Origin: a virus
Taxonomy: Duplodnaviria > Heunggongvirae > Uroviricota > Caudoviricetes
Virus record (IMG/VR): IMGVR_UViG_2909303794_000009
Length of the DNA: 35,890 nt
Direction: 5' to 3' (one strand)
This document shows, one piece after another, positions 24,547-32,364 of this stretch. The notes beneath the pieces are model-generated. The model did not search any database, was not told the origin of the DNA, and saw only the letters and a list, made by a program, of their open reading frames with translations. The translations under genes and the position numbers were made by a program. Positions within the stretch are counted from its first letter, which is position 1. Every line of letters starts with the position of its first letter.

Positions 24547-24832
24547 ATCATAACGTCCGGTTTCTTCCGTGCCAGAACCGGACTCGCTGGCATGATGAAA
24601 TATGTGTACCCGGTAACCCCGGTGTGCATCGTTTTTGATTATTCCCACACACTCGCGCAGAAGGAGTTCCCCGTCGGGCTACGGTCTCTGTTAATACGGG
24701 AATACGGCGACGATACAGCGCATGATGTGTCAGGCTTGAATACCTTTATCCTTTAAAAGGGATATCAGTTAAGTTATCCCGTGTAGGGTATAAGCCATTA
24801 TCAAGCCCACCCGTAGATAGGCTTTGTAATGG

Positions 24833-25090
24833 CTACTTCGCTTTTGCTTCCGCTCGCTTACGCCGGCGCTCTTCTTTCCTCTCGGCTTTTGCCATGTCCA
24901 TGAATGCCTGCATGATCGAGTTCCGCATCATGTAGCTAACAAAGTGATGATTGACACAGCCGTTGAGGCGCAGCTGCTCGCCAAACTCATCCACCGAGGC
25001 CAATGCTTCCATCATGCCCTTCTCACCTTTCATGAACTCTGAGAAGTCACGCCCCGCTCTGGAGGCGCATTCAATGACACGATCACTCAT
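24833..25090 (-). CDS. Hypothetical protein (85 aa), translationally coupled to the upstream KilA-N frame
   Basis: ATG overlaps the TGA of the preceding frame (ATGA); Lys/Arg/Glu-rich C-terminus; no family recognised. Confidence 0.4.
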   Translation of the reverse strand: MSDRVIECASRAGRDFSEFMKGEKGMMEALASVDEFGEQLRLNGCVNHHFVSYMMRNSIMQAFMDMAKAERKEERRRKRAEAKAK

Positions 25091-25583
25091 CCCGGAAGCC
25101 CGGGGATCGTAATCTGCAGCTGGTTAGCCAGGGAGTTAATCTCAGCGACCAACACTGGCTTCGTATAGCGCCATGCCGCCAGCCCTTGTCCGCAGAAGCT
25201 CGCCATATCTTTTTTCTGATCAAACTCATGACACTTCATATTGAGCTGTGCACTTAAGCTGTTGCGATGCTGAAGTTCTCCGGTGAAGTAGTCATCCAGG
25301 ACTTTATAGGCTGCATATTTAAATCCGGGGTTTAGCCATGCTGCATAATCATAAGCAACAAACTTCCCGCCATATGTTCCACCGTGTACACCGCGCTCAG
25401 TAAAAACACAGATTCGTGGTTTTTCTCCAGCTCGGCTAAGAACTCTTTGGTCTGCTTGTTTCGCAGGTAGTGGTACGGAGATTCAGATTCACTTTTACCA
25501 CTGGCTTTCCACATATCAGTGAGGCAGATCATGCCATCTTCACCGATACGAATTGGTTGATTGAAGAGGGTTAATGATTTCAT
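25087..25583 (-). pseudogene. KilA-N domain protein gene split by a frameshift
   Basis: Frame A (25332..25583) MKSLTLFNQPIRIGEDGMICLTDMWKASGK... continues in a second frame as …ERGVHGGTYGGKFVAYDYAAWLNPGFKYAAYKVLDDYF… (KilA-N signature); frames switch at an A5/T5 run near 25412-25416. Confidence 0.55.
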
Positions 25584-25699
25584 AGCGTGTACCTACTCTT
25601 TGAAATGAACCTTTGCCGCACAGGAAACCAGCCCACCGAGGCTCGCCAGCACTAACTGGTATCTTCAAAGGCCCATTCCAAAGGGGCAGGTTCGGTGTA

Positions 25700-25772
25700 A
25701 AAAAAACATGCGTTGCGGTACGCATTTATTGCAAAAAAGCCCCGCATCACGAGGCTCATTAAATGGACTTTG
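25700..25772 (-). terminator. Two tandem putative intrinsic terminators downstream of Rz
   Basis: Minus strand: GCCTCG-TGATG-CGGGGC followed by TTTTTTG, then ATGCGT-ACCGCA-ACGCAT followed by GTTTTTTTT. Confidence 0.45.
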
Positions 25773-25787
25773 TGATTTGCAAAAAAA

Positions 25788-26225
25788 TTATTTCAGGCAT
25801 TGCGTCCTGATGTACTCCTGCAGGTAGTTAACCTGCGCGGTTATCCTGTCGATTCCACTTCGGAGACGGTAATAATTGAGTTCAGCATCTGCTGTAAGTC
25901 TTGGGCTTTCTCCATCGCCCATGCTGCTGGCTCCGGTCTTTGACTTTGCACATGAGGCGGCGACTTGCAGCCGCTTACGCCCAGCAGAAACATCATCACG
26001 GAGACTTTCGATAGTCGCGTTAGCATCAGCAAGCTCCTTTGTATATCTGGCGTCGAGTTCTGCTACGTCACGTTGACGCTTCTGCATGTCAGCGATGATG
26101 GATGTGGCTTTGTCGCGCTGGGCTTTGTAGGCGATGGCGTTATCACGGTAATGATTAACAGCCCATAACAGGCAGACGATGATGCAGATAACCAGAGCGG
26201 AGATAATCGCGGTGACTCTGCTCAT
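25788..26225 (-). CDS. Rz: Spanin inner-membrane subunit Rz (145 aa)
   Basis: [30 protein letters not shown]... N-terminal TM helix plus coiled coil; lambda Rz-like; 4-nt overlap with R. Confidence 0.85.
   Translation of the reverse strand: MSRVTAIISALVICIIVCLLWAVNHYRDNAIAYKAQRDKATSIIADMQKRQRDVAELDARYTKELADANATIESLRDDVSAGRKRLQVAASCAKSKTGASSMGDGESPRLTADAELNYYRLRSGIDRITAQVNYLQEYIRTQCLK
25841..26032 (-). CDS. Rz1: Spanin outer-membrane lipoprotein Rz1, embedded in the +1 frame of Rz
   Basis: 63-aa nested ORF with signal/lipobox …[10 protein letters not shown] followed by a Pro-containing segment; same embedded architecture as lambda Rz/Rz1. Confidence 0.7.
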   Translation of the reverse strand: MLMLTRLSKVSVMMFLLGVSGCKSPPHVQSQRPEPAAWAMEKAQDLQQMLNSIITVSEVESTG

Positions 26226-26698
26226 GCCTCAATCTCTCTGACCGTTCCGCCTGCTTCTTTGAATTTTGAAATCAGACTGTCAGCCTTATGCTCGAACTGA
26301 CCATAACCAGCGCCCGGCAATGAAGCCCAGATATTGCTGCAACGGTCGATTGCCTGACGAATATCACCGCGGTCAATCATCGGTAAAGCGCCACGCTCTT
26401 TAATCTGTTGCAATGCCACAGCGTCCTGGCTTTTCGGAGAGAAGTCTTTCAGGCCAAGCTGCTTACGATAGGCATCCCACCAACGGGAAAGAAGCTGGTA
26501 ACGTCCGGCTGCTGTTGATTTGAGTTTTGGGTTTAGCGTGACAAGTTTGCGAGGGTGATCGGAGTAATCAGTAAACAGTTCACCACCGACAATAACATCA
26601 TAACCGTGGTTACGTGTCGGTTGTCGCCCGTTATCCGTTCCTTCTGACCATGCAACCATATCCAGGAAAGCTTTACGCTGGGAATTTAGTACCTGCAT
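26222..26698 (-). CDS. R: Endolysin R (lytic transglycosylase, 158 aa)
   Basis: …[73 protein letters not shown]… is near-identical to lambda R as recalled. Confidence 0.9.
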   Translation of the reverse strand: MQVLNSQRKAFLDMVAWSEGTDNGRQPTRNHGYDVIVGGELFTDYSDHPRKLVTLNPKLKSTAAGRYQLLSRWWDAYRKQLGLKDFSPKSQDAVALQQIKERGALPMIDRGDIRQAIDRCSNIWASLPGAGYGQFEHKADSLISKFKEAGGTVREIEA

Positions 26699-26701
26699 AA
26701 A

Positions 26702-27037
26702 TTACTCCTTCGAGCTACCAAACTTGTTACCGATTACTCTCATTGCAGCCCCACGAATAGCATCGACACCGATCAGCCCCACCCCACCACCAATGGCAAC
26801 AGAAAGCGATTTAGGCCATCCGACATACTCAAGCGCGGATGCAAAGGTCAACGTCAGAGCGCCACATAGCAAAATCTCGAGCGTTTTTCGCTTCCAGCCA
26901 CCACCACCGCCAAAATAGGCGATGCGCAAACCAGCCATAACAATCGACATAATCACTGCGCCCAGCGGCGTATCTCCACGCCACCAGCTCTGAAACAACT
27001 CCAGCCAGTCCGGCCAGGTATTTGGGTTATGAGGCAT
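26702..27037 (-). CDS. S: Holin (lambda S family but divergent), ~111 aa from the MPHNPNTW start
   Basis: Three hydrophobic segments (GAVIMSIVMAGLRIAYF, LEILLCGALTLTFASAL, VAIGGGVGLIGVDAI) and a charged C-terminus; loosely alignable to lambda S; GAGGTGA RBS upstream of the ATG at 27037. The ORF track extends to 27133, overlapping the methyltransferase 3' end. Confidence 0.7.
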   Translation of the reverse strand: MPHNPNTWPDWLELFQSWWRGDTPLGAVIMSIVMAGLRIAYFGGGGGWKRKTLEILLCGALTLTFASALEYVGWPKSLSVAIGGGVGLIGVDAIRGAAMRVIGNKFGSSKE

Positions 27038-27113
27038 TTCGTCATCTCTCACCTCGCGATATTTGCGGGTGCTGTGTTGGAAATAAAAAGGCCACGCAAC
27101 GTGGCCACCAGAA

Positions 27114-28166
27114 TTATTTCCCCACCAGTTCACTTACCTCTTTCACCGTCTGATTAAACCGCTCTGACTCAAGTTCAACACCTAACGCCCGACGCCCCAG
27201 CGCCATTGCCGCTTTTATTGTGGAACCGGATCCCATAAAGAAATCAGCAACCAGATCGCCTTGTCGACTACTGGCACTGATTATTTGCCGGAGCATATCC
27301 GCAGGCTTCTCACACGGATGTTTACCCGGGTAGAACTGAACGGGTTTATGCGTCCAGACATCGGTATAAGGCACGGAAACTGATACGGAGAAATAGCGCC
27401 GGAGAGTTTTAAACTCATCCAGCAATTCAGAATATTTGCGATTCAGTGAATCATAAGATGCCACCAGCTGGTGGTGTGGTTGTTCCAGTTGTTGTTCCTG
27501 AAATTTCTCTGCCGCTATACGGGAAAACAGTGCCTGCAACTTCCGGTAGTCAGCCTCATTCGGCAACTGCCACTGACTGGCACCAAACCAGTGGGAAACC
27601 ATATTTTTCTTACCAGTGGCTTCGGCAATCTGTTTTGCCGTTATACCCAGTTCGGCACGAGCATCCCTGAAATACGAAATCAGCGGTGCCATTATGTGCT
27701 GTTTGAGTTGACTTTCTTTTGCCGCATAGCCGTCACTTTTGCCGCGATATGGTCCCTGGTAATGTTCAGCAAACAGAACGCGTTCTGTTGCGGGAAAATA
27801 TGCGCGCAGACTTTCTTTATTACACCCGTTCCATCGTCCGGACGGCTTCGCCCAGATAATATGGTTAAGAACGTTGAAACGTTCACGCATCATGATCTCG
27901 ATATCAGATGCGAGGCGATGTCCACAGAACAGGTAAAGGCTTCCGGCAGGTTTCAGCACCCGCCAGAACTGAGCCAGACAGTGGTCCAGCCACTTCAGGT
28001 AATCTTCGTCCCCTTTCCACTGATTGTCCCAACCGTTGGGTTTCACCTTGAAGTACGGCGGATCGGTAACAATCAGGTCAATGGAATCATCAGGCAGGGA
28101 CTGAATAAAATGCAGGCAATCAGCGTTGATTAAATCAACACTGTTTATTTTCACAGTATTTTTCAT
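27114..28166 (-). CDS. Orphan DNA methyltransferase (N6-adenine/N4-cytosine type, beta-class motif order), 350 aa
   Basis: N-terminal catalytic motif IV DPPY (…IDLIVTDPPYF…) and C-terminal SAM-binding motif I (…DFFMGSGST…); no adjacent restriction endonuclease gene. Confidence 0.85.
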   Translation of the reverse strand: MKNTVKINSVDLINADCLHFIQSLPDDSIDLIVTDPPYFKVKPNGWDNQWKGDEDYLKWLDHCLAQFWRVLKPAGSLYLFCGHRLASDIEIMMRERFNVLNHIIWAKPSGRWNGCNKESLRAYFPATERVLFAEHYQGPYRGKSDGYAAKESQLKQHIMAPLISYFRDARAELGITAKQIAEATGKKNMVSHWFGASQWQLPNEADYRKLQALFSRIAAEKFQEQQLEQPHHQLVASYDSLNRKYSELLDEFKTLRRYFSVSVSVPYTDVWTHKPVQFYPGKHPCEKPADMLRQIISASSRQGDLVADFFMGSGSTIKAAMALGRRALGVELESERFNQTVKEVSELVGK

Positions 28167-28315
28167 GGATCAGTAAGCGTAACTCTGGTAGGCTCACTCT
28201 GCTTTTGCGCTAAAGCAGTGGGCCGTGGTTCGCTTGTGACCAGTAAGCATGAGCGAATGGCTGGCAGGTGCTACCAACACCCACCAGCCGCCCATTTTCA
28301 CAAATTAAAAGCCCT

Positions 28316-28510
28316 TCATTGCTGAAGGCGTCTGTAACAGCCGAACTGGTAATCTGCCAGCCCCGCCATAACCAGCTGGGTCAGTATTAACTGACAGCGT
28401 TCGCGTGAAAGGTATGTGTTTTGTGCAATCTCCCCGACTGTTGCCGGTTTGCCGTTTAATTCATTAAAAACAACTTTCGCCGTTTCTGTCATATCTAGCT
28501 GTTTTAGCAT
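28316..28510 (-). CDS. Small winged-helix DNA-binding protein, FaeA/PapI-like (64 aa)
   Basis: MLKQLDMTETAKVVFNELNGKPATVGEIAQNTYLSRERCQLILTQLVMAGLADYQ… has the small-regulator pattern (…G…T..EIA…..S….R..L..L…G.) seen in PapI/FaeA-type proteins; sits directly upstream of the methyltransferase. Confidence 0.45.
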   Translation of the reverse strand: MLKQLDMTETAKVVFNELNGKPATVGEIAQNTYLSRERCQLILTQLVMAGLADYQFGCYRRLQQ

Positions 28511-28627
28511 GTCTTTTTACCTTCATGGTTAACATGACATACCAATAACTCTTGTCTAAAAAGCCAGCAAGATAAAAAGTCAGTATTCACGACCACCAGC
28601 GTGTTTACCGTACTGCACCAGGTTTAC

Positions 28628-28657
28628 AGGTACAAAAAAACCCGCTCGACGGCGGGT
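28628..28657 (-). terminator. Putative intrinsic terminator (minus-strand orientation) between the porin and the late genes
   Basis: Minus strand ACCCGCC-GTCGA-GCGGGT followed by TTTTTTT. Confidence 0.5.
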
Positions 28658-28699
28658 TTAAGCTGTGTGGCGAAGTAACCACTCTTAACAGCATAACCA

Positions 28700-29084
28700 A
28701 TTTTTTACGTACGTAAACCTCTAAACAATATTTGTGAGAATGATATCGAGTGTTCAAAACACCACCACAATCACATAAGGAAAAATAAACAAATAATCAT
28801 TAAATAATTTCCGACGTTATTTTCAGTGAATTTAAATTAAAGAGATGAATTATAGAACACTTATAAATAACAACCTTTAATATAATTTAGCTACCAAATT
28901 TATTTTCTTTCAGAGAATAGTCATGCACAGCATGCATTAGAAAAAGTTCAGATAAAAATAGAGATCTAGATCACAATTTAAATAAGAATCTAAAACTTAC
29001 ATCTTGAATTAATCACATTGATTAGATGAATATTTGTCGCGCAGGGCATCATTTTTTAATAAATGTTCAAAAAAAGGTCTCACG
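28700..29084 (+). promoter_or_regulatory. AT-rich upstream regulatory region of the porin gene
   Basis: ~380 bp of very low GC with repeated TTTA/ACAT-type motifs (e.g. ACTTACATCTTGAATTAATCACATTGATTAGATG) resembling porin promoter/OmpR-box regions; no -10/-35 assigned. Confidence 0.3.
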
Positions 29085-30167
29085 ATGAAAAAATTAACAG
29101 TGGCAATTTCTGCTGTAGCTGCATCAGTACTGATGGCGATGTCTGCTCAGGCAGCTGAAATTTATAATAAAGACAGTAACAAGCTGGATCTGTACGGGAA
29201 AGTTAATGCTAAGCACTACTTCTCCTCTAATGATGCAGATGATGGTGATACTACTTATGCCCGTCTTGGCTTCAAAGGTGAAACCCAAATCAACGATCAA
29301 CTGACTGGTTTCGGTCAGTGGGAATATGAATTCAAAGGCAACCGCGCTGAATCTCAAGGTTCCTCCAAAGATAAAACCCGTCTTGCCTTCGCTGGCCTGA
29401 AATTCGGTGACTACGGCTCCATCGATTATGGCCGTAACTACGGTGTAGCATACGATATTGGTGCATGGACCGACGTTCTGCCAGAATTCGGTGGCGATAC
29501 CTGGACCCAAACAGATGTATTCATGACTGGTCGCACCACAGGTGTTGCAACTTATCGTAACAACGACTTCTTTGGTCTGGTTGATGGCCTGAACTTTGCA
29601 GCTCAGTATCAGGGCAAAAATGACCGAAATGAAGTAACTGAAGCTAATGGCGATGGTTTCGGTTTCTCAACTACTTATGAGTATGAAGGATTCGGCGTGG
29701 GTGCAACCTATGCTAAATCTGATCGCACTAATAATCAGGTTATCCTCGGTAACAACGGTCTGAATGCTTCTGGTAAAAATGCTGAAGTATGGGCAGCTGG
29801 TCTGAAATATGATGCGAACAACATCTATCTGGCCACCACCTATTCTGAAACCCAGAACATGACTGTTTTTGGTAATAACCATATTGCCAACAAAGCACAA
29901 AACTTCGAAGCTGTTGCACAATATCAGTTCGACTTCGGCCTGCGTCCATCCGTTGCTTACCTGCATTCTAAAGGAAAAGACTTGGGTGTTTGGGGTGATC
30001 AGGACCTGGTTGAATATGTTGATGTAGGTGCAACCTATTACTTCAACAAAAATATGTCCACTTTTGTTGACTACAAAATCAACCTGATTGATAAGAGCGA
30101 TTTCACGAAAGCATCTGGCGTTGCTACCGATGATATCGTTGCTGTAGGTATGGTTTACCAGTTCTAA
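29085..30167 (+). CDS. nmpC: Outer membrane general porin, NmpC/Lc/OmpC-family (360 aa with signal peptide)
   Basis: [40 protein letters not shown]… signal peptide and mature N-terminus, C-terminal …VAVGMVYQF; the ORF track begins 17 codons earlier at an alternative start codon. Confidence 0.85.
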   Translation: MKKLTVAISAVAASVLMAMSAQAAEIYNKDSNKLDLYGKVNAKHYFSSNDADDGDTTYARLGFKGETQINDQLTGFGQWEYEFKGNRAESQGSSKDKTRLAFAGLKFGDYGSIDYGRNYGVAYDIGAWTDVLPEFGGDTWTQTDVFMTGRTTGVATYRNNDFFGLVDGLNFAAQYQGKNDRNEVTEANGDGFGFSTTYEYEGFGVGATYAKSDRTNNQVILGNNGLNASGKNAEVWAAGLKYDANNIYLATTYSETQNMTVFGNNHIANKAQNFEAVAQYQFDFGLRPSVAYLHSKGKDLGVWGDQDLVEYVDVGATYYFNKNMSTFVDYKINLIDKSDFTKASGVATDDIVAVGMVYQF

Positions 30168-30182
30168 TTTGATTACTAAAAG

Positions 30183-30225
30183 ATATGTTGTGGGAGGCTT
30201 TGCCTCCCCAACATATAAGTGGCTC
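30183..30225 (-). terminator. Candidate tR'-like terminator downstream of Q (minus-strand orientation)
   Basis: Minus strand ATATGTTGGGGAGGC-AAA-GCCTCCCACAACATAT followed by CTTTT; located ~130-170 nt downstream of the Q stop, as expected for a short pR' leader. Confidence 0.3.
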
Positions 30226-30304
30226 CCTCAAGCCACTTCCTTTAGAAGCACAACCTTGCTTCTAACTATACAAACCTTCTGTTATATATTACCCTTTATT
30301 TTTG

Positions 30305-30332
30305 GGGGCGCTTCAACGCCCCATTTTTAATA
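30305..30332 (+). terminator. Putative intrinsic terminator of the porin gene
   Basis: Plus strand GGGGCG-CTTCAA-CGCCCC followed by ATTTTTAAT. Confidence 0.45.
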
Positions 30333-30355
30333 ACTTTTAGTAAATAATTGGCGTA

Positions 30356-30739
30356 TTAATTAGAGTTATTAACAACGATATCCATCTCTAACCGGATATC
30401 TAATGCCATTAACATCCCTTCAATTATGCCCTCAGCCTTTTGTAACCTTTTCCCGATATAACCATCAGAGCAGCAATGCTTACCTGCCAGTGACATGAAT
30501 GTCATACCGACTATATAATAATCTACTAATAAATCATGCAAATCGCTGTTGTTCTTTTTCAGACGGGCCATGCACCCGCAAATGATCATCGCGTCATCGT
30601 CACAACATTGCGGGCGAGATTTTACTTTTGAAGGAATTAATCCCTTAAAACCGGCGGCAATGGACGACCAGGTCACATCTTCATGATTATTAGCCGCCCA
30701 CGCTCCCCAACGCTCAAGAACCATCTGAATATCACGCAT
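30356..30739 (-). CDS. Q: Late-gene antiterminator Q, phage 82/QuuD-type (127 aa from [11 protein letters not shown] start)
   Basis: [33 protein letters not shown]… with Cys cluster (…[12 protein letters not shown]…); GGAG RBS 8 nt upstream; unlike lambda Q; the ORF track begins 5 codons earlier. Confidence 0.75.
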   Translation of the reverse strand: MRDIQMVLERWGAWAANNHEDVTWSSIAAGFKGLIPSKVKSRPQCCDDDAMIICGCMARLKKNNSDLHDLLVDYYIVGMTFMSLAGKHCCSDGYIGKRLQKAEGIIEGMLMALDIRLEMDIVVNNSN

Positions 30740-30821
30740 CAACTTACTCCACAAAAATCAGACCAAAACGCCAATTACAAGCAAAAATCAACAAAACAGT
30801 ATTAGTTGATTGTTATCTCTG

Positions 30822-30962
30822 ACTTCATACTCCTGCTCCTGTCAGGGTTTTGGCGTAACTCTTCAGTATTCGGTAATCGGTCAAAACAGAACCGGGGAAA
30901 CGATATAAGCGCAGACGCCCCCAGCGGTGGCGAAGAAGTTCTGCCATATTAAACTCAAACAT
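30822..30962 (-). CDS. ylcG: Small protein YlcG-like (46 aa), start overlapping the rusA stop
   Basis: Hand-translated: [45 protein letters not shown]; below the ORF-track size cut-off; lies between rusA and Q. Confidence 0.5.
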
Positions 30963-31324
30963 CATTCATTCCCCATTTCGGTGATGGTCAGTTCCAGCCT
31001 CCCACCTTTGGTAACAGGCATCTTCACAACGCGGTAATCAACGACCTGAGCATCATCCAGCCAGAAACCTGCTTTAGTGAGTGCGTCAAAAGCGGCTTTT
31101 TGCAGATTATCCAGGTCACGGCGACGGCGATCCGGCATGTGGCACTCAATGCGGATTTTCACAGGCATAGCCAGGCCGATATCCAGTATTGCGTTTTTAA
31201 TGATTCGGGCGACGTTATCGCGGTATGCCTGCCCCTCTGCGCTGACGTGCGTGCGCCCGCGATTATGGCGGTAATAGCGATTATTGCTCGGAGGCCAGGG
31301 TAATGTGATGCTGTAGGTATTCAC
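30962..31324 (-). CDS. rusA: Holliday-junction resolvase RusA (120 aa)
   Basis: [41 protein letters not shown]… RusA family; nin-region position upstream of Q. Confidence 0.85.
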   Translation of the reverse strand: MNTYSITLPWPPSNNRYYRHNRGRTHVSAEGQAYRDNVARIIKNAILDIGLAMPVKIRIECHMPDRRRRDLDNLQKAAFDALTKAGFWLDDAQVVDYRVVKMPVTKGGRLELTITEMGNE

Positions 31325-31446
31325 GCCTTAATAACCCCCTCTTTCAGCCAGATAACCTGTGTTCTCGCCATACCTTCCAGCGCGCATTCTTTTGCATATG
31401 CAGCATCGACTTGCTTGGCATGCCCTTTACCGGCAATCTTCTGTAT
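31321..31446 (-). pseudogene. 3' remnant of a ybcO-like nin-region gene
   Basis: Only ~41 in-frame codons (…[40 protein letters not shown]) with the stop overlapping the rusA start; an in-frame TAG lies immediately upstream and no plausible start is present. Confidence 0.4.
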
Positions 31447-31530
31447 GCGCTAAACCTAGATAGAATCCACTCTGTGCACATTGAAGCCCGCTCTATGCTT
31501 CCTTTCAGGTATTGAAGGGATTGAGATGGG

Positions 31531-31872
31531 CTAAGCATTATTGGCCTCCTGCATCAGGAGAAAGACAATCATGGCGGCGCGGAGAGGTCTGGTATCAAAT
31601 ATTGGGCTTACGCCTTTTGCATCCACACACCATTCAGTTAACTGGTCTAAGATAGAAATCCTGTATTTCTCAATAATCGGCCATGAAGCGCTCGGATCAT
31701 TGCAGTAGTCAGGCAAATGATTTAATGGCTCAAAAGTTGTATCAGCATTTCCGTAATACCATTTGTTGGTGTTATTCCCTGATGTTTCCGGTTTACTTGC
31801 CCAAAGGCCTTTAAAAATTATGTCTCCTACCATTCTGTTAATTTCAAAATCACTTAACTGTGAATAATCCAT
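31531..31872 (-). CDS. Hypothetical nin-region phage protein (113 aa from MDYSQL start)
   Basis: ORF-track frame 31531..31914; GAGGAA RBS fits the second ATG ([17 protein letters not shown]…); no family recognised; ~110 bp from the IS left end. Confidence 0.45.
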   Translation of the reverse strand: MDYSQLSDFEINRMVGDIIFKGLWASKPETSGNNTNKWYYGNADTTFEPLNHLPDYCNDPSASWPIIEKYRISILDQLTEWCVDAKGVSPIFDTRPLRAAMIVFLLMQEANNA

Positions 31873-32037
31873 TGTCATTTCCTCGCACGATATCTTAGCC
31901 ACCGGATATCCCACAGGTGAGCTGTGTAATTGAAGGTTTTTACGTCAGATTCTTTTGGGATTGGCTTGCGTTTATTTCTGGAGTGAACCGCCCCGGGAAT
32001 CCTGGAGACTAAACTCCCTGAGAAAGAGGTAAACAGG

Positions 32038-32364
32038 ATGACTAAAAATACACGTTTTTCCCCCGAGGTCCGTCAACGGGCAGTTCGTATGGTTCTGGAA
32101 AGTCAGGGCGAATATGACTCTCAATGGGCGGCAATTTGTTCCATTGCCCCAAAGATTGGCTGTACACCAGAGACTCTGCGTGTGTGGGTTCGTCAGCATG
32201 AGCGGGATACCGGGAGTGGTGATGGTGGACTCACCACCGCTGAACGTCAGCGTCTGAAAGAGCTGGAACGTGAAAATCGTGAACTGCGCCGCAGTAACGA
32301 TATCCTTCGCCAGGCTTCCGCTTATTTTGCGAAGGCGGAGTTCGACCGCCTCTGGAAAAAATAA
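32038..32364 (+). CDS. IS3-family transposase OrfA (HTH, 108 aa)
   Basis: [59 protein letters not shown]… recognised as IS629-group OrfA; ends in an A-rich run (A AAA AAT AA) overlapping the orfB start. Confidence 0.85.
   Translation: MTKNTRFSPEVRQRAVRMVLESQGEYDSQWAAICSIAPKIGCTPETLRVWVRQHERDTGSGDGGLTTAERQRLKELERENRELRRSNDILRQASAYFAKAEFDRLWKK

Noticed and set aside
28167-28700. Possible tRNA gene (GGTTCG-containing stretch) in the gap near the methyltransferase, as seen upstream of toxin genes in some lambdoid phages
   Set aside because: No cloverleaf could be built by eye: no matching acceptor stem or T-arm GTTC-N-A-N-CC context; only isolated hairpins.
31344-31538. 64-aa minus-strand ORF upstream of rusA
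   Set aside because: Different frame from the ybcO-like remnant that ends at the rusA start; starts inside the stop of the preceding gene with no RBS; probably a chance frame in a deletion scar.
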